The notes beneath the pieces are model-generated. The model did no database searches. It saw nothing but the letters and a program-made list of their open reading frames with translations, and had not been told where the DNA came from. Both the position numbers and the translations under genes were made by a program. A stretch of 63,525 nt of DNA, the filler included, from Trichosphaerium sp. ATCC 40318 (lineage: Eukaryota > Protista > Tubulinea), in NCBI GenBank assembly GCA_038496445.1. It is 4 parts of 4 records of this genome, joined end to end, with 100 filler letters (N's around TTAATTAATTAA, not from the genome) between each part and the next. Parts side by side here need not be neighbours in the genome. Positions count along the whole stretch, not along the records: positions 1 to 21,456 come from JALMLS010000294.1; positions 21,557 to 48,504 come from JALMLS010000560.1; 2 more parts are not named here. One strand, given 5' to 3'. Below, piece after piece: positions 13,915 to 29,000 of this stretch (within the stretch, counting starts at the first letter, position 1; every line of letters begins with the position of its first letter).

Positions 13915-16900
13915 AAGCCAAGCGACCACGTGGTAAAAAAACCTTGTAAATATATTCACAGAAGATAAAGTACTTGATCCACCTTTACAGGTCGGATATT
14001 TTTTTAAGGTTGCTTTCTTTTTATATTCTTCATGTCAAATTGCTTGAGCACTTGTTAAAATTCATCAAGTACAAAGGAATTACCTAAATATTACTTCTTT
14101 ACTTCATCAGAGGCACTCCAACAAGTGTTGAATTGACGGCGCCTTATTGAGGGGAACTTTTGTTCGGACCAAAGAACACCTGTATGGATGAAATTAAATC
14201 AACGGCGACTACTATTTTGTTGATATCAATACTGGTTCTCTGCGCCAAGGAGCCATGGCAGCTTTAACTTCAACCCTTTTCCAATCACTCCTTAGAAACA
14301 GCCGCTTTAGCTGAACCAATCGAAGCGATAGCTTCAATAGAACCAGTCTCTACGGTAGAGCCAGTGGAAGCTGTACAAACGCCAGTATTTGTTGATATAC
14401 GCCCGCTGTAAGACCCTTGTCACAAATCTCTTAAACGTGTAAAACGTGATTGTCAAACAGTTTTTATTCATGTTGCGTTTATCTAAGAACCAGTACTTCA
14501 TCGCCAAGCTGCATGTTATGTTTTTGAGTATGCCAATGCGTGATAAAGCTCCATACTAAAAGTTTGTTTACATCATTAAGTTGCAATAGCATTGCTAGCA
14601 ATACAACCGTCACGAAATTGATTATGATAACACTTTACCCTCACATAGTATATTGTTCACATAACGGTTTACTCAACCGACTATTATAAGACTGCCAATT
14701 TCGTCTTACTCTGTTCAATTATATTGTTTCGTTTGACTAATTAAATTGTTTCAAAAGAAAAAATGACTTTCAAAACCGACACGTTGTACACGTGACTAAA
14801 ATTTGTCGGAAACCACTTTAAATAGTATCACATGATTGGAATAGATATTTGTAGTACATTTGATCTTAATAAACCTAACTCCCAAAAGGAAGTCAACGCT
14901 CTTCCAGTTGTAAACAATTTTGAATACGAGGTCAGAACATGAAAGCCACAGGCATATTCCTCTTTATATCTTGTTTTTTGGCCTATACACTCGCGCAAGA
15001 GAACAACGCTTATATCTCTATACGCTGAATAAGCCAAACTCACTGTTATTAATTAAAAGCCTCCGGAATCATCTCCGCTGTTCTTTTATAGTGCTACTGT
15101 GCTGTTTCTAGCAGTGGCGAAAATGCAAAAAATATGCATCCAAATGGGCATGGATGTTAGCCTTTTTTATAAAAATGCAAAAACATTTTAACTTAATCTC
15201 TCACGTAGAGGTGTCTTGCTACTTACCTGTCAAACTCAAAAACCCATTAAGAAATACTGACTACTCACTAAACTCAATAAAGAACGTGTAGACAGGTTAG
15301 CGTGCCCAAGAGTTGCTTTTGAATCTCTTGGAGAAAATTAACTTTTTGGGGTATTGCCGTTTGGGTTTGGAAGCTTTGCTTTGAGTTAAGCCTCAATTGT
15401 AAGGTGCCTCTGCGGTTGCTTAAAAAAGGTAAAATAAAACAATGTACACTTGCATATTGTAAAACGATGTGGTATATGCTGCTTCCATACGAGTTGCATT
15501 TATAATCCAAAATGAGATAATTCCTGGAATAGACTAAAGTAATGCTGTAGTATTATTGTTGGTTCTAAAGAGAGTCATGAATAGCAAGCACGTGCCTTAT
15601 TTACTACTATTGGATTTGTCTGCCAAAGCACAGACTTGGCCATATTTGTTTGGAAGTAGAGAAGTAGAACTAGACACATCAACTTTAGTATCTCGTTAGT
15701 CTGTTACACCTAAAACTAAGTGTCAAATACAAGTAGTTAAAACCCAATTGATTATTTAGTGCAAAGCATACATGCGTATGTGCTCCTTCAAGTACCAGGC
15801 AGAGTTAACTTGTTTTCCACTTCAGATTGCACTCAAATAGTGTAGCATGTCAAAGGTATCATAACATATCGCCACAACCAGTTGCAATCTGTTCTATTTC
15901 AACATGTTAGAGTTGGGGCTTACAATTGTCCATCTGAGATTGAGATTACGGTTGGTTAACATGTACTTGTAGATGCCCTTTCCTTGCTGATAAACGATTG
16001 TTCTGAGTTTGTGTACTGGAGGACAACAAACATTAGTACATAACAACAAGGTTGAGCAAGAGAGATAGGGGTGGGGATAATATACAGGGTAACTGTAACT
16101 AGCACGAAATAAGCAAAAAACCTAAAAATAAGTGGGCGTGCTAGTAGATTAGGGTTGGGGTTAATAACTGCCCGTAGGAATATGCCCTCATCTACCACTA
16201 CATCATTTTCTTCTCCCTCCACCTCTTTCTTGCCTTCTTTCGTAGTCATAAGGCTGTCTTGTGGGTTTTGGGAAGTTGATTTACTACTGCTACCTCTGAG
16301 AAGCTCAAAGTACCGGTTCTTGTAATACGCTTGTGCTTAGGTTGTTTGCCTGTTCAGAAAATTGTTAGTGTTTGGTGTTTGTAGTCTCTACAGGGACGAA
16401 AATGAGCGCTAACCATAGCACTAGATTCATGTGATTGATACTAAACGAAAACAAAATAGATTGACAACTAGATGGCACAGTACCTCTCCTAGACACTGTC
16501 AAGCTCTCCTTTCGCATATAACGATGTTTTTGGTACAAGGGTCCTCAAAATCAATACAATTCCATGTTAGAGCACTGCAATATGACGATATTTAAAAAAG
16601 ACCCAAAAATAAAAACAACTTTTTTACCTTGTTGTTACTTACCTTCTACTTCCTCTATTTCGGCTGAAACCTGTCTGTGCCTATTCAAAACATTCTCAAA
16701 CACCTCTTGGGTTGCTTGATGCCCTTTTCAAATTCCACTCGGCCTTTGTAGTCACTAGAAAGAAGAGTGAGTGAGATTTAATTTGATTAACGAGATGGTG
16801 TTATGTTGTTTACACTGGGTAAATACTAATGCTAGCACTAGATTAATACTTACTTGACATTCTACATGTCAAAGAACAACTTCAACATTTGAAAATGTCA

Positions 16901-17129
16901 AGTGTTGTGCCAGGTGATGTCTGGATGGCAAGTCACATTGTTCACAGAGAATACGAATGTACCAGAAACTTGAAAACAAAGAGGTGCTAATACAAATAGC
17001 AAGTATACCAGGCGTCAAAAATAGACAACACAGTTTAACGACTGCAAACCCCAGTACACAGCATCTTAATCGCATATATGACCATTCAATCTAACAAGAA
17101 CCCGTTTAATAGCATCTGCTACAAATTTA

Positions 17130-19581
17130 TGTTCTGGTGCTTATTGGAAAGCTTGAAGTAGATGTGTTACCTAGTTTACGCATAAGCGTGTTTGGCGTAC
17201 TATTCCGCAGAATTATAATTCAACAGGTAGGCAGTTTACCTTATTTAGCGTTTTCACTTCTGTATGTTTGTTTAATAGTGTTTCAGAGCTGCTTAGTCCC
17301 AAACCATAGCAAAAAATTCCCGTTTGACAAACTTAGAACTGATAAAATATGGAACACGTGCGAACCACAAACCGTTTTTTTAATTCTCTATATATTATGA
17401 GCTGTACTTACAGTTGGTGGTTCTACAGTATGTTGTAAGTTGGTTGACACTATTCGGAGCGTCAGAAATCCCCTTTTAGCTATTCAGCGCACAGAGATAT
17501 TATTAGCGGGTCAACTAACACAGGGTTTGAAATACGATCGATAGAGAATGACTCGCTCATACTACAATGTACGTTCAACTGAATATTATTCACAATAAAA
17601 TTACTAGCGAACGCAATCTGCATTACCAACTTTAGACCTAAACGTCTGTAGCATGCCACTCAAGCCTTCGCGCAGTTTCTTCAATGTCTTATTTACCATC
17701 GACTCAAACACTATTTGTAAGAGCACTTGGAGCTCTGGTACAAGTCGATCCATACACGTGTCTAGTAAAGGTACAATAATAAAAGGCCAGTACAAAAATA
17801 TTACTTGTTTTACCACTTTTAGAATTCTTGTCCTTTGAGCACTGAATTTCGAGATATTGCAGTTGATAAGACTACTCAAGTATTATATGGCATCACAGAA
17901 CTAGGTTACATAGTCGAAATCGATCCCACAGATTGCTCCTTTTGTCATTTTTGTAAAGTGAACACAACGAATATTGGAATATCAAGTGGAAGTGCGCCTT
18001 TTGTGCTTTTTTTTTTCGTGACTGCGCGATCTCATTTACTGTCGTAGTTGCGATAATTGGAGATACTTTATATGTTAACGGAGTTAGTGGATTTGCCATA
18101 TCGCCCTTAACAGGTCCTACGTCTTGTATCGCTACTGAAACAGTGGACTATCTTTCAACACAAAATTTCGCTGGAGGTACATTTTTTTGAGCATTAATAT
18201 TCAATATCACGTTTCCCCAGTTTCATTTCGTAGACATCACTGCAGTATCAGATACTCAAATTATTGGTTATCTCGATGAGTTTTTTACTATGGACATTGG
18301 GACGTCAACGATAACTGAGTTTACAACATCATTACCCTATCGAAAAGGTGGTATTGATGCAATGTTCTTTGATGAAACATCGCCACCTCCAGTTGATACA
18401 ACACCTCCTCCTGTTGCCCCTGTAACACCAAAACCCCTTCCTACAGTAGCGCCTCAAGGTGGTATGATTGATACCCTTATTACATCTCAAGGAGACGGAA
18501 TACCAGGATTCGACTATCGCTTGATATCAGAACCTAATACTATTTTTGGATGTACGCACACGTGCCAGATTATATTTTCCAACTAACAGTACAAGCATGT
18601 AACAATTCAGAACTGATAACAGATCCAGAGGCATTGGAGTATAGCTTTGTACTTGATAGGGTGCTGTACATACCTTTTAAAGGCCGAGAAATATTCATAA
18701 TTGATCCCTACACTTGTCAAATAGTACATCACTCCTTTAACTTTATAGCTAATGGTAACTCCTACTTACGCTTTCGTTTGTAGGAGAAAAAATGCATCAC
18801 TAGTGTTAGGATGTATGGATTGATGATAGACAAAGAGAGCGGAAGGATATTCTCATATGGTGCTAGTCGCATTTTTGAACTTGATTTACAAAACTGTAAA
18901 GTTAGCACTATTTGTGCAACTGTGGGAACTGATCGTGCTGGCACGTGTTTTGAACAAAGTTTCACAAAGAAATGTGGTTTATTTTATTAAAACATTACTA
19001 GCAACAATAGCAGATGGTGTTCTCTACCTTGGCGGCAGTCGTGAAATAGAAAATTATCCTGGTTTTCTAACTGGTTCATGTAGAACACAACGTTCAATTG
19101 AAGTAGCTTGTAGTGCAATTACCGGTATGTATCTCATTTATTGTAAGCAATCAGTTTGTGTTGTGACAGTTCCTTAGGTTTAACATCAATATCAACAAGT
19201 ACTTTAATTGTATCTTGTTTTGATGAAGACATATTTTCTGTTGATGTCAATACAGATGATGTAAATTTACTGCCTATCAATGCACCACTAAGTCGTGGTA
19301 TATCTGCCTTCAAATTCAATCCTCCGCCTACAGTGTCACCAACCACTGACGCTCCGAATACAGAAGCTCCAAGTATGGTAACAGAAGAACCAACCACAGA
19401 AACTCCAGCCGAATCTGGAACCACTGAATCACCTACCACTGAAGCGCCAACTGATGTACTGACTATTGCACCTACATCAACAGAGCCAGCGTCACCAAGC
19501 ACTGACATAGGAAGCACTAGCAACATTCTTACTGCTCGTTTGTCATTGTTCATGCTTGTTTTATTCTTGGCATTTATGTAA
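17130..19581 (+). CDS. Secreted, probably GPI-anchored surface protein with beta-rich repeats and Pro/Thr-rich stalks
   Basis: Repeated DIAVD...LYGIT...IDP..C modules, two PT-rich linkers (18380-18460, 19320-19510), terminal hydrophobic LSLFMLVLFLAFM; 5' end uncertain. Confidence 0.55.
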
Positions 19582-20052
19582 ACGTTGCCTTACAATATGA
19601 CAAAAAAAACTCAGTACATCAAAATAAAAACAAAAAAAAACGCGTTGGTAAATCTGTTTATGAACACAGCCATTGGAACTAACAGCTCAAGAAACTACTG
19701 AACGCCTGTATTTGTTATTATTGGTAGAGGCCTTTTGTACACAAAGCTTGTAAAATCATAATTTTTATTTGTTTTTTTGGCCTGTTTTCCCTTTGGCCCT
19801 GAGGTACAGATTTAAGCGCTACGCAGTTTATGCGATTTCTTGCGTTCGTGAACTTCACCCTCGTGGTGTTAGTTCAATAAGCCAAGTACTAAATTCACCA
19901 AAAGAAATTCTGCCAGGGCGGCCCTGGAAGAAAGAAAACCGTTATTAAACGCTCATAAAAACACTGTTTACGCTCAAATAACATCATGTCTGGCTTAATT
20001 ATTACCATTTTCGTACGCTTTTATCATCTAGACACTTGGTTACCCACAGAAA

Positions 20053-21456
20053 ATGGCGTTACACGAATATGGCTATATTATGCTCTATGCGGCTCTTATT
20101 CTACTCATTGGCTTATGTAGTACTATTATTCCGTTCATTATTAAACAACGGGGTCCTATGAATGATCCTAACGCTCTGTTGTGGTTCTTTCTATCCCTTA
20201 CGTTCAAATTCTCTGCGGGCGTACTAATAAGCGCGGGTACAGTACATATGGCAGGAGATAGCTTGTGTACGGTTTTAGAATTTTAGTTGTTTTTTATGAC
20301 CATTTGGGTTGTCATTAGTTTTAGTGGTTTTTTTTGTACTAAGCAACGCCAATAGCCAGTTGGACAGAATACTCAAACTGCACGGGACCACATTTTTCAG
20401 GTATTTTTTTGATTGAAATTTTTTTTTCGCGATTTCTCGGTTACTGACGTCACTCTTTTAGAACCTTCTTGTGATGATTTTATTTCTGTTGTAAACTTGG
20501 AGAATAACACTGTATACTTTTGTCCTGGTTCTTGCTCTTCGTACCCTTGGCAAGTCTTTTTCTTTTTTTTTCTTGAAAATTATTTGTATTTTACAAAACT
20601 GTTGAAGTGTTTTTTTCTTTTGTTCACCGACATCCTCTTGTTTTAAAGGTCTAATATTTTACTGTAGGTGGCTGGTATTTATTGGAATCGGCATTATTGT
20701 TGTGGCAACTCTAGAAGCTTTGTCTTCTCACGAACATGCCGGTAAGTGACTCAAAACAAAACACACAAGGAAGAGAAAAAGGATCTTCTTTTTCTTTTCG
20801 TTTTTGTTGTTGACGCGAGCTCTGTATTCTAATCTACAACTTTTCTAGATTTCTTTGGTGGCTCTGATGAACTAAATAGCTTACTACGGTCACAGACAAG
20901 CACTCAGTATGATACTTTACTGACCGAAGAAAAACCAAAAAAGCGTAAACACCCTCTTCTCGGCCACTCTTTTGTGTTACTATTGGCGCTTGTAGTACAC
21001 TCAGTATTGGCTGGATTCTCTCTAGGGTCTTCACTAAGAGGTGAAGGAGAAGGTTGGGGGATTTTTGGGGCCATAGTGGCTCACAAGGTAAATCACAACA
21101 GAATCACAAAAAAAATTCTGATTCTTTTTTCTGAACGTCTTTTTAAGGGTTTCGCCGGCTATGCTCTTGGTGTGAGTCTAGTAACTTCTAAAATACCATT
21201 CTGGGTACGTAATACAAAAATAACTCCTAAGTAAAGTTAACCTGTATCTAGTATTGGGGAGCAATTATGAGTGCAGCATTCTCCGCAAGTACACCTTTAG
21301 GTATGCTCTTTTTTTTTTTTTCCTTCATTTTCTGTGTTGTTTGTGATTCGTGGTAGGTGTTATCCTTGGTGGTACTTTACTCACTTTATTGGATGGACCA
21401 GCAAGGTTACTAACAGATGCTATTCTTCTTGGACTTGCTTCTGGAACGTTCATTTT
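20053..21456 (+). CDS. ZIP (SLC39) zinc/iron transporter, cut by the contig gap
   Basis: FSAGVLISAGTVHM, LALVVHSVLAGFSLG, AIVAHKGF, STPLG and GLASGTFI motifs. Confidence 0.88.
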
Positions 21457-21556
21457 NNNNNNNNNNNNNNNNNNNNNNNNNNNNNNNNNNNNNNNNNNNN
21501 TTAATTAATTAANNNNNNNNNNNNNNNNNNNNNNNNNNNNNNNNNNNNNNNNNNNN
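21457..21556. other. Artificial contig linker (44N-TTAATTAATTAA-44N)
   Basis: Six-frame stop linker inside an N run; identical at three places. Confidence 0.97.
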
Positions 21557-21956
21557 GCTACAGGGAAGCACTTGATAAAGTGGAACCACCTGCAATGCCA
21601 TTTTTTGGTACGTAAACCCAAAAGCAATTTAAAAAAAAGCTTTAGCTTAGCTACTTTGATTCTGATTTCTTTTGTTAACTTTTTATCTAGGGAGATACCT
21701 TACTGATCTTACAATGCTTGAAGAAGCACAAAGACAATTGTTCCTGCTACAGGACACATACATTTTGGTTAAAATGACTCTTATTTCGGCGTTGATATCT
21801 GGCATTCAATTTAATCAAATGCACACTTTTAACTTTGTTAAAGTTGATATTATTCAACATTATATGCGAAATGCAACTACTCTACAAGAGAAGGAGTTGT
21901 ATCAATTGTCTATTAAGCGTGAAGCAAGAAAAGGTGGAGGTCCAAAAGCTTCCTAA
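21557..21956 (+). CDS. 3' exons of RasGEF (duplicate copy, contig start)
   Basis: PPAMPFFGRYLTDLTMLEE...LYQLSIKREARKGGGPKAS. Confidence 0.8.
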
Positions 21957-22378
21957 GCGTACGTCAACCCAGTTTATGTTTTCTACTTTTCTTATTTTTT
22001 TCTTTGCTCAGTTTTATCCAGCTTGCTTGTTATCTATAGGCTTAACTCTTTCAGTTTGTACACAAAGATGAAAAAACTAAATAAAAATAAAATTGGTGTA
22101 AAAGAGTTACGAAATAAATAACTTGTGGCTATTTGGTTATTTTTTTACCTGACTACTTTGTCCATTACTGTGTAGGTTCTCCAAAAAAGAGCTCTTTACT
22201 GTATACCATATTCCCCTGTCATGTATTTGCAAGCTTAAGCTAGCATACTAGTATTTACTAAAAGAAACGTAAGCGAGTTCAATCAATTTCCATTTAAGGC
22301 TTGACTTGATTGATTGTATAAAAAAAAAAGCGAAGAAAATTCAATTTGCAAAACAAAATTAACACACCGAATCGTACA

Positions 22379-22995
22379 ATGAAACCAGTAAAGAGGGTAA
22401 AACTAATTTACCTGTTTAATTAATTCAAACAAAAAGTAGGTACTGGCAACCGCAAACGTTCAAGGTATATCTGTACTAGAGTTGCCTACAGAACTCCACA
22501 AAGAAATGATGGAGCTGGGCAACTCAGTTTTTTTAAAATGGCCTTTGCTGTCTAAACATACAGCAACAACAACAAGATTTAGCGCACGACTCGAGAAGCA
22601 TGGGAAATGGGTTAAACCAAGGAAGGGCAACCTCCCAAAAAATAAATTAGCTGAAGAGCACTGGAAAATGGACTCCAGAACGGCAAGTGCAAGGAGGGCA
22701 CAATAATGACCAATTGAAGAGAGAATATAGTGTCGTCAATGGTACCATTGAAGGAGAATACATAGAGTGGCACCACAACGGCGTGATAGCTATTAAAACC
22801 TACTATCGCCATGATAAGATACATGGCAAGTACCTCAAGTGGGCGTGTAGTAAGGCTAAACTCGAGCAGGCCACTTTCGTAGATGGCAAACGTCATGGAA
22901 AATGCTCCAAGTGGTTTTTCGGCAAGCGTGAACTTGTTGCAAATTATAACAATGGCGTACGAGTAACTGCTGTAGAGATTTGTGATTTGAAGTAG
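22379..22995 (+). pseudogene. MORN-variant (YwqK-like) repeat protein, frameshifted copy
   Basis: Same sequence as 42264-42883 but with single-base deletions near 22663 and 22696; could be sequencing error. Confidence 0.6.
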
Positions 22996-23109
22996 CAACT
23001 CACACACAGCAAAGTCACGTTTAATAAATCACCAAAAACGAGTGTTTACAAAAATCAGAGTTTTAATCAATCACTTTTAATGATGTGTTTTTGGATACTA
23101 GTTTGTCTA

Positions 23110-24360
23110 TTATAGGCATGGTACTCCCTTGTACGACTGCTTCAAACAACAATGTATAAACAAGTGATCATAGTGAACAATACTAACGCCTTGTAAGTCT
23201 TTATAACATCTTGCATTGATATGGGTCATGTCAGCAAAAGAAAAAACACCTTTATAAAACAATTCAGTAATTTTTGCATGAGTCACGTCTTCACAATCAT
23301 TAAGGCCAATAGTATGTACCCCGGCAATTGCCTCAATACCTTCACCTGTAACAGACGTGCTATCAAGGTTGATGGCATAAACTCCGGCGAGTGCTTTGAT
23401 GCCCTCATCTGTCACTAAAGTGCGAGAAAGGTCAATGGCATAAACACCTGCAAGTGCTTTAACTCCTTCATCTGTAACAGCTGTATCTCCAAGATGTATA
23501 ACATGAACACCTGCCAGAGTTTTTATACCTTCATCTGTCACTGATGTATTTTGGAGGTGTATAGTATGAACACCCTTTAACGATTTGATACCTTCATCTG
23601 TCACTGATGTATTCTGGAGGTCTATACTGTGGACACCTTTTAAAGCTTTGATACCTTCATCTGTTATATTTGTGTAAGCAAGGTCAATGGTATGAACGCC
23701 ATTTAAATACTTTAGGCCTTCATCTGTCACTTGTGTACAATCCATAAGATCAATTGTATGCACACTTTGAGTGATTTAAGGCCTTCATCTGTTACTTTAC
23801 ATCCAAAAAGGCTTATATCATGAACACCCTCCAGCTCTTTGATGCTTTCATCTGTTGCTGCAGTGAGAGAAAGATTAATAGTGTGCACACCTCTTAAACA
23901 CTTGATGCCTTCATCTGTTATATTTTTACAATCTGCAAGACGAATGGAATGAACTCCAGAGAGTGCCTTAAGATCGTTATCATTAATAACATTATTGTCA
24001 CGGGATACAATTCTCAAGTGCCCTGTAGCTATGTGGCGGCATCCAGATAACAATGAATACAGAGTATTGTTTTCAACTTCCATAATGACTGTACTGTTAT
24101 TCATTATGCCTTTGTACTGTCTTATCTTTAGGATGTCTGGAGTGCGTAGATATGTGGGTTTTTGTACATAACCACGTTTTTGGATAATGTCAGCCACAAG
24201 ACTGTATTGTAGTTAAGTGTGTAACTTGTATTTTGCACCTGTATGATTCAGAATAGTATGCAATAACCTCTGAGTCAAACTTGACAATATTTGATGTGTC
24301 ATGTTGTTGTCTTGCTGTCGTTTATGGTGGCCTTGGTTCGCCTTCTTGGAACAGGTCATA
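23110..24360 (-). pseudogene. F-box/LRR protein, frameshifted copy
   Basis: ORFs 23727-24197 and 23110-23763 together match 41059-42150 with one -1 shift near 23765; the F-box region is diverged. Confidence 0.65.
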
Positions 24361-24659
24361 CGTGGATTCAGGCTTGTTTTCGTTTTGGTGGCATTGCGCT
24401 AATTGGATTAGAGGCATGTTTGAGTAAGCTATGGTTACAGAATGTTCTTTGAGGCTTTGGGAGCATTAACTTAGTACTATTGTTTTTAAAAAATACAGCT
24501 TCTAGTTGTTAAAGTCACAAATTTGCAACGTTAAAATTCATTCAAGTTAGATTTAGAATATTTGTCGTGTTTTGTAATTATTACGCCAAACCTTCTGCAT
24601 AGATAAATTACAATAGTAAGCGAAAGTTACTCCAAGTGAAACGCAATAGAAAGTGTTCC

Positions 24660-25586
24660 AATGAAGCCCTGAAAATTCCATACTGAAGTAGCGAAACGCC
24701 CATCAAAAAAAGCAAAGACATCTCTCCTCTCTATGCTCCCTGCGCCTAAAAACCCATCAAAGAAGAAAGAAAGCAAGTTTTACTCCAAAGAAGACGAGGA
24801 TGAGGCCAACGCGACTACATCCATTCCAGACGAAGTACAACAACCAAGTAAACCGACAGGTCTTCGCAAACCAAATCTCGGACCTGAGCTCGGAACAGAC
24901 GTTGGCCCAGCCGCCTCTGGGGCTTCTGTAGGCCCTGCTAAACCCCCTCATTTGGCAGCTCAGGCTTCTGTTGGTCCTGCTAAACCACCACATCTTAACT
25001 CTGGTGCCTCTGTTGGCCCTTCTAAACCACCTCATCTAACTGGTGCACAACCTTCTTATAACCAAGCACAATATGATCAATATGCACAATATGCTCAGTA
25101 CGAGGCACAAAGGCAAAGGGCTGTCCAAGCCAGTAACGGCAATGTACACGTGTTTCATTTTTTTGTAACTTTATTTTAACTGTTATAGCTTCCGCCTAGA
25201 GAATTTATGGGCATTGACGACTCAATGTTGCAAACAGTTGACGCCAACAGTAGATTAGATCCAAATTGGCGTATCAATAACATGGATAACAAAGGAAGTT
25301 ATGTCCCAAAGGTACTAAACCAACTAAACTAACTAAAGTAATTTAAGCAAATAAAATTAACAAATCCAATCAGGGCGTATTTGCAGTTGGCAGTCAGAAA
25401 AACAAAATGATAAAGCGTTATGGTTCACTTACAGCTCTTGCTGCAGATGCAAGAGCAAGACAACCAGAACTCGACCAACGAAGAGCAAGTGGTATCCAAA
25501 CAAAGAGACAAACGTGCGTCAAGTGTTATAGGTACTCGGTATTTTTTCTAATAACTATAATTAGCTGGGGAAAATACGGTTGGTAA
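24660..25586 (+). CDS. PRCC: PRCC-like proline-rich protein
   Basis: Pro-rich middle with three ASVGP(A/S)KPPHL repeats; C-terminal GSLTALAADARARQPELDQRRASGIQTKRQT..KYGW matches the PRCC C-terminal domain; start approximate. Confidence 0.75.
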
Positions 25587-26008
25587 ATTTAATGTTGTCC
25601 CACGTGCTCAACACGTGATGTAAAAGTAAAAATCATTTGAAAATAGTCTACGAACAAGTTGATGTACAGCAAGGCGCAAGTATTTGTTTTTTGGTATTGA
25701 ACTAGCGGAGTTCTGTATGGTAAAAAAAGAATCAAGTTTTCGTACTTAACGGATTCGAACGTAGATAAGGTCTTTCTTCTGCTGGAGGGCATGCACTCAT
25801 GTTTTCGTGCTCCCATACAACGGATACCTCTCAACTTTGCGTAGGTGTACTCATCGCGGACACCATTGTCTCTCTGCTACAGACTACAAAGGTAAAAAAT
25901 ACAGAAAAAAAATATATGTTGGTATAATTTTTATTGTACAATCCCGTTAAAAAACCTACGGCTTCCTTTGTTCTTTTTTTTTCATCTTTTTTTTCTTGCT
26001 TTTTTCAT

Positions 26009-29000
26009 CTATTTCTTTTTCAAGAAATCTTTGAACGACACTCTAAGAGAAGCCTCCATTTCAAGCTCTGCTTTTGAAAATAAATTTCGAGAAAAATTTT
26101 CAGCAGAAACTTCTTTCTTGAGCTTTTGAAGAGTAGAATCTGTAATAGGCATCTTAGCGCTTGTATCAAATTGAAAGAATCCATCATCTTCATTATCAGA
26201 GTCATCCAAATGATCAATATATCTCTGAAAAATTTTCAATCCTTTTTTCTTTACTCTATCTTGTTGTGCAAAATCCATTTGTTGATAAGTTATAATGCTT
26301 GAATAAAACATTAACTGTTCCTCCTTATTAATCTTTGTCAAAAATTGTTTAAACTTCAAGAAAACACCTTCTGATGTCTTAATATCATCAAACTTTGGTG
26401 AATTATCTTTTTTCTTTTCTTTACGAGGAGAATCACTCTTGAATTTTGATGATTTCTTCTTTTTAGCCTTTGGAAGTGTAACACTAGAATCAGATCCCTA
26501 CAAATAGAACCCATAAATCCTCAAACTCGTTTCACAATAAAACAAGAAAAATTTAACGACAACACAGGTCTTAAACCATGTTTTCTATCATTGTTTTGTA
26601 TGTGTGCAATAAAATCAAGTTTGCGCCAAATTACAAAAAACAAGAACATGTTCAAGAAAAAACAAAAATAATAATTCGAATCTTTCAGAAAAAAAAATTT
26701 GTTTCGTACCGGCATTTTACCACGTGCAGCCTTTGCGATATTTGGATTACTTGGCATGTTCAATAGGAACAATAATAAGCTAGGATCAGCTTGGACATCT
26801 AGTGAAACACGCTGCAAAGTAGATATCTGACTATATATTTCAGAAAGTTCCTCCATTTTTGTCCAATTTATACACATTTCGTCTTTTATCACAATAGTTT
26901 GTGATTTCTTTTCGATGATATCAATTTCTGAAATAAGCGCTTCTAAACAAAAGGGAAAAAAAACATTAATAAATGATTTCGTGGTATTTTTTTTAAGGGG
27001 CTTACCATGGTACGGAATATAAACAACACCTCGCTCAAACAATGATCCATTTGTGTAATTCACAAATAGTCCAAGAGCACCAGTCAACGTTGACATTTCA
27101 GTCCATAGTTGCTTAAAATGAGCGTCAACACCCTTGAAAAAGATTAGTACAATCAGACATAAAAACCCAAGTAAAAGATAAAATGTTTCGAAACATACCT
27201 TCCAGGCTTTCTTCAAATCCAATACACTTGGATGTTGTAAACCATGCTGAACCTGCGTTAAACCTTCAAAATTATTCTGTCTACGCAGAGCCTACATTTA
27301 AATTAAACCATTGACAAATTTAGCAAAATCGTCGTACCTGCATTAAGTGAATGAAACTTGTTATCCGTTGACATTGAACTTTAGGTTTGTCTTGCTTGAG
27401 AACTTCACTTGTCACCCAACCACTGACCTGCAGCGTTGAATTAGTACCTTTTTAACACTATAAAATATATATTAAGGAAACACTCACCTGACCAAACCGA
27501 GCACGCAATTTTTTAAGTCTGTCACTTCCTTTTGATATTTCAGTAGAAAATTGTATTAGAGGTGTTCTCCGTAATAAATACATATCAATTAACGTCATTT
27601 GAGCTATAAAAAATTAAGTACAATAACAAAACAGATAAATAAAAACAATAAAAATAAATTTCATAAAAAAACAGGAAGCGTACAGGCCATATCAAGTAGG
27701 TTAACAGTTGCAAAATTAAACTCGACTCTATAGAACTTAAATAATTTAGAGTTCGTTCCACCTTGTACCAAGGCTTTTGTGAGCTTTTCAGACTAGAAAA
27801 GAAAATGTCATTAATTTACTTTTGCTAGGCATGCAAATACAACGTACGAATGTGTCAATTTTTTCTTTCATAAGCTTTGTCCACTTTGAAATACGTGAAC
27901 GTCCACCATTATCTAAGTCCTCCAATAAATCTCTCCAAAGAACAACAAACTCATCATCAAGTACAACATCGTGAGCACGATATCTCACCCAGGATTGCAA
28001 TATAGACTGCAACCTTTTCTTATTCGGTCTTTCTGCATCCTCTAGAAGTTGTTCACGAACTTCACGAAACAGTGTTTGCTTCGTCATAAAATACTTGTAT
28101 GTCAGCAGAAAACCCTTTTCAAAAGAGCCGCCTGTAAGTGAATAAAATTAGCCACAACAAACAAATAGAAAAAAAAGAAACGTTCACAAACTCACCACTT
28201 CCACCAGTGCTTAATAACTTTTTCGTGAGCATAGTCACAGTGTAATCATTACCAAGAGGTTCATCACGTCTATCAGTAGATGCTGCTGAACTATTAGAGC
28301 TCAGCTTTGTATACAACCCACTGCTCGACTTTGTTGAAGATTTGGATACTGATCTACTAGATGCATGTCTCGCTTTGGTACGACTACTTCTTGGGGATGT
28401 AGCATCCTACACAAAAGATATTAAGTATCACCATTAAACAAATATTATCTTCATACCCTGACTTTATTACGAGGCGTACTGCCATTGTTGCGCTTTGAAG
28501 TGCTACGATTTTCTTCTGACGAACTCGATTGTTCAAATTTCCTGTTTCGTCGCCGTTTTGCAGGTTTCGGTTCTGGCGCGACTGGCTACAGTAGATGTTA
28601 AAAATAATAGTTTCGACTGAGTTTAATTGTGCCTCTTCTTCTTCTTTTTTTTCCAATAACACAGCGTAATCTTCGTTAACAACATTCTAATGCCACTGTG
28701 TCAGCAAGTATTATTACACTAATACTCTCTATTGTACCTCAATATCTACACCTGCATCGCCACCAGGATTTATCTTGCCATTAAACAGTACTAATAAACT
28801 TGTAAGCAATTGCAACAATTTGTTGTATTAAATAGACAAGCATACCTATAATTGCACTGACGTTGTCGGTACTACCTTCATTAATAGCATGATCAGCTAG
28901 TTCCTGCAAACATAGTTTAATATAAACAAATACACGTAAAGAACTGCAAAAACTCTAACCATTGCAATGTCATCAAGCGTTGATCCTGAAGCCAATTTTG

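Larger units (their letters stand above)
21557..24400. repeat. Inverted segmental duplicate of ~40860-43730 (RasGEF 3' end, MORN gene, F-box-LRR gene)
   Basis: Reverse-complement near identity; ORFs 21672/43331, 22687/42264 and 23110/41059 translate nearly identically. Confidence 0.93.

Noticed and set aside
14040-17050. Possible genes or transposon remnants between the SH2 gene and the surface protein
   Set aside because: Only short, stop-interrupted frames; no family recognisable by eye.
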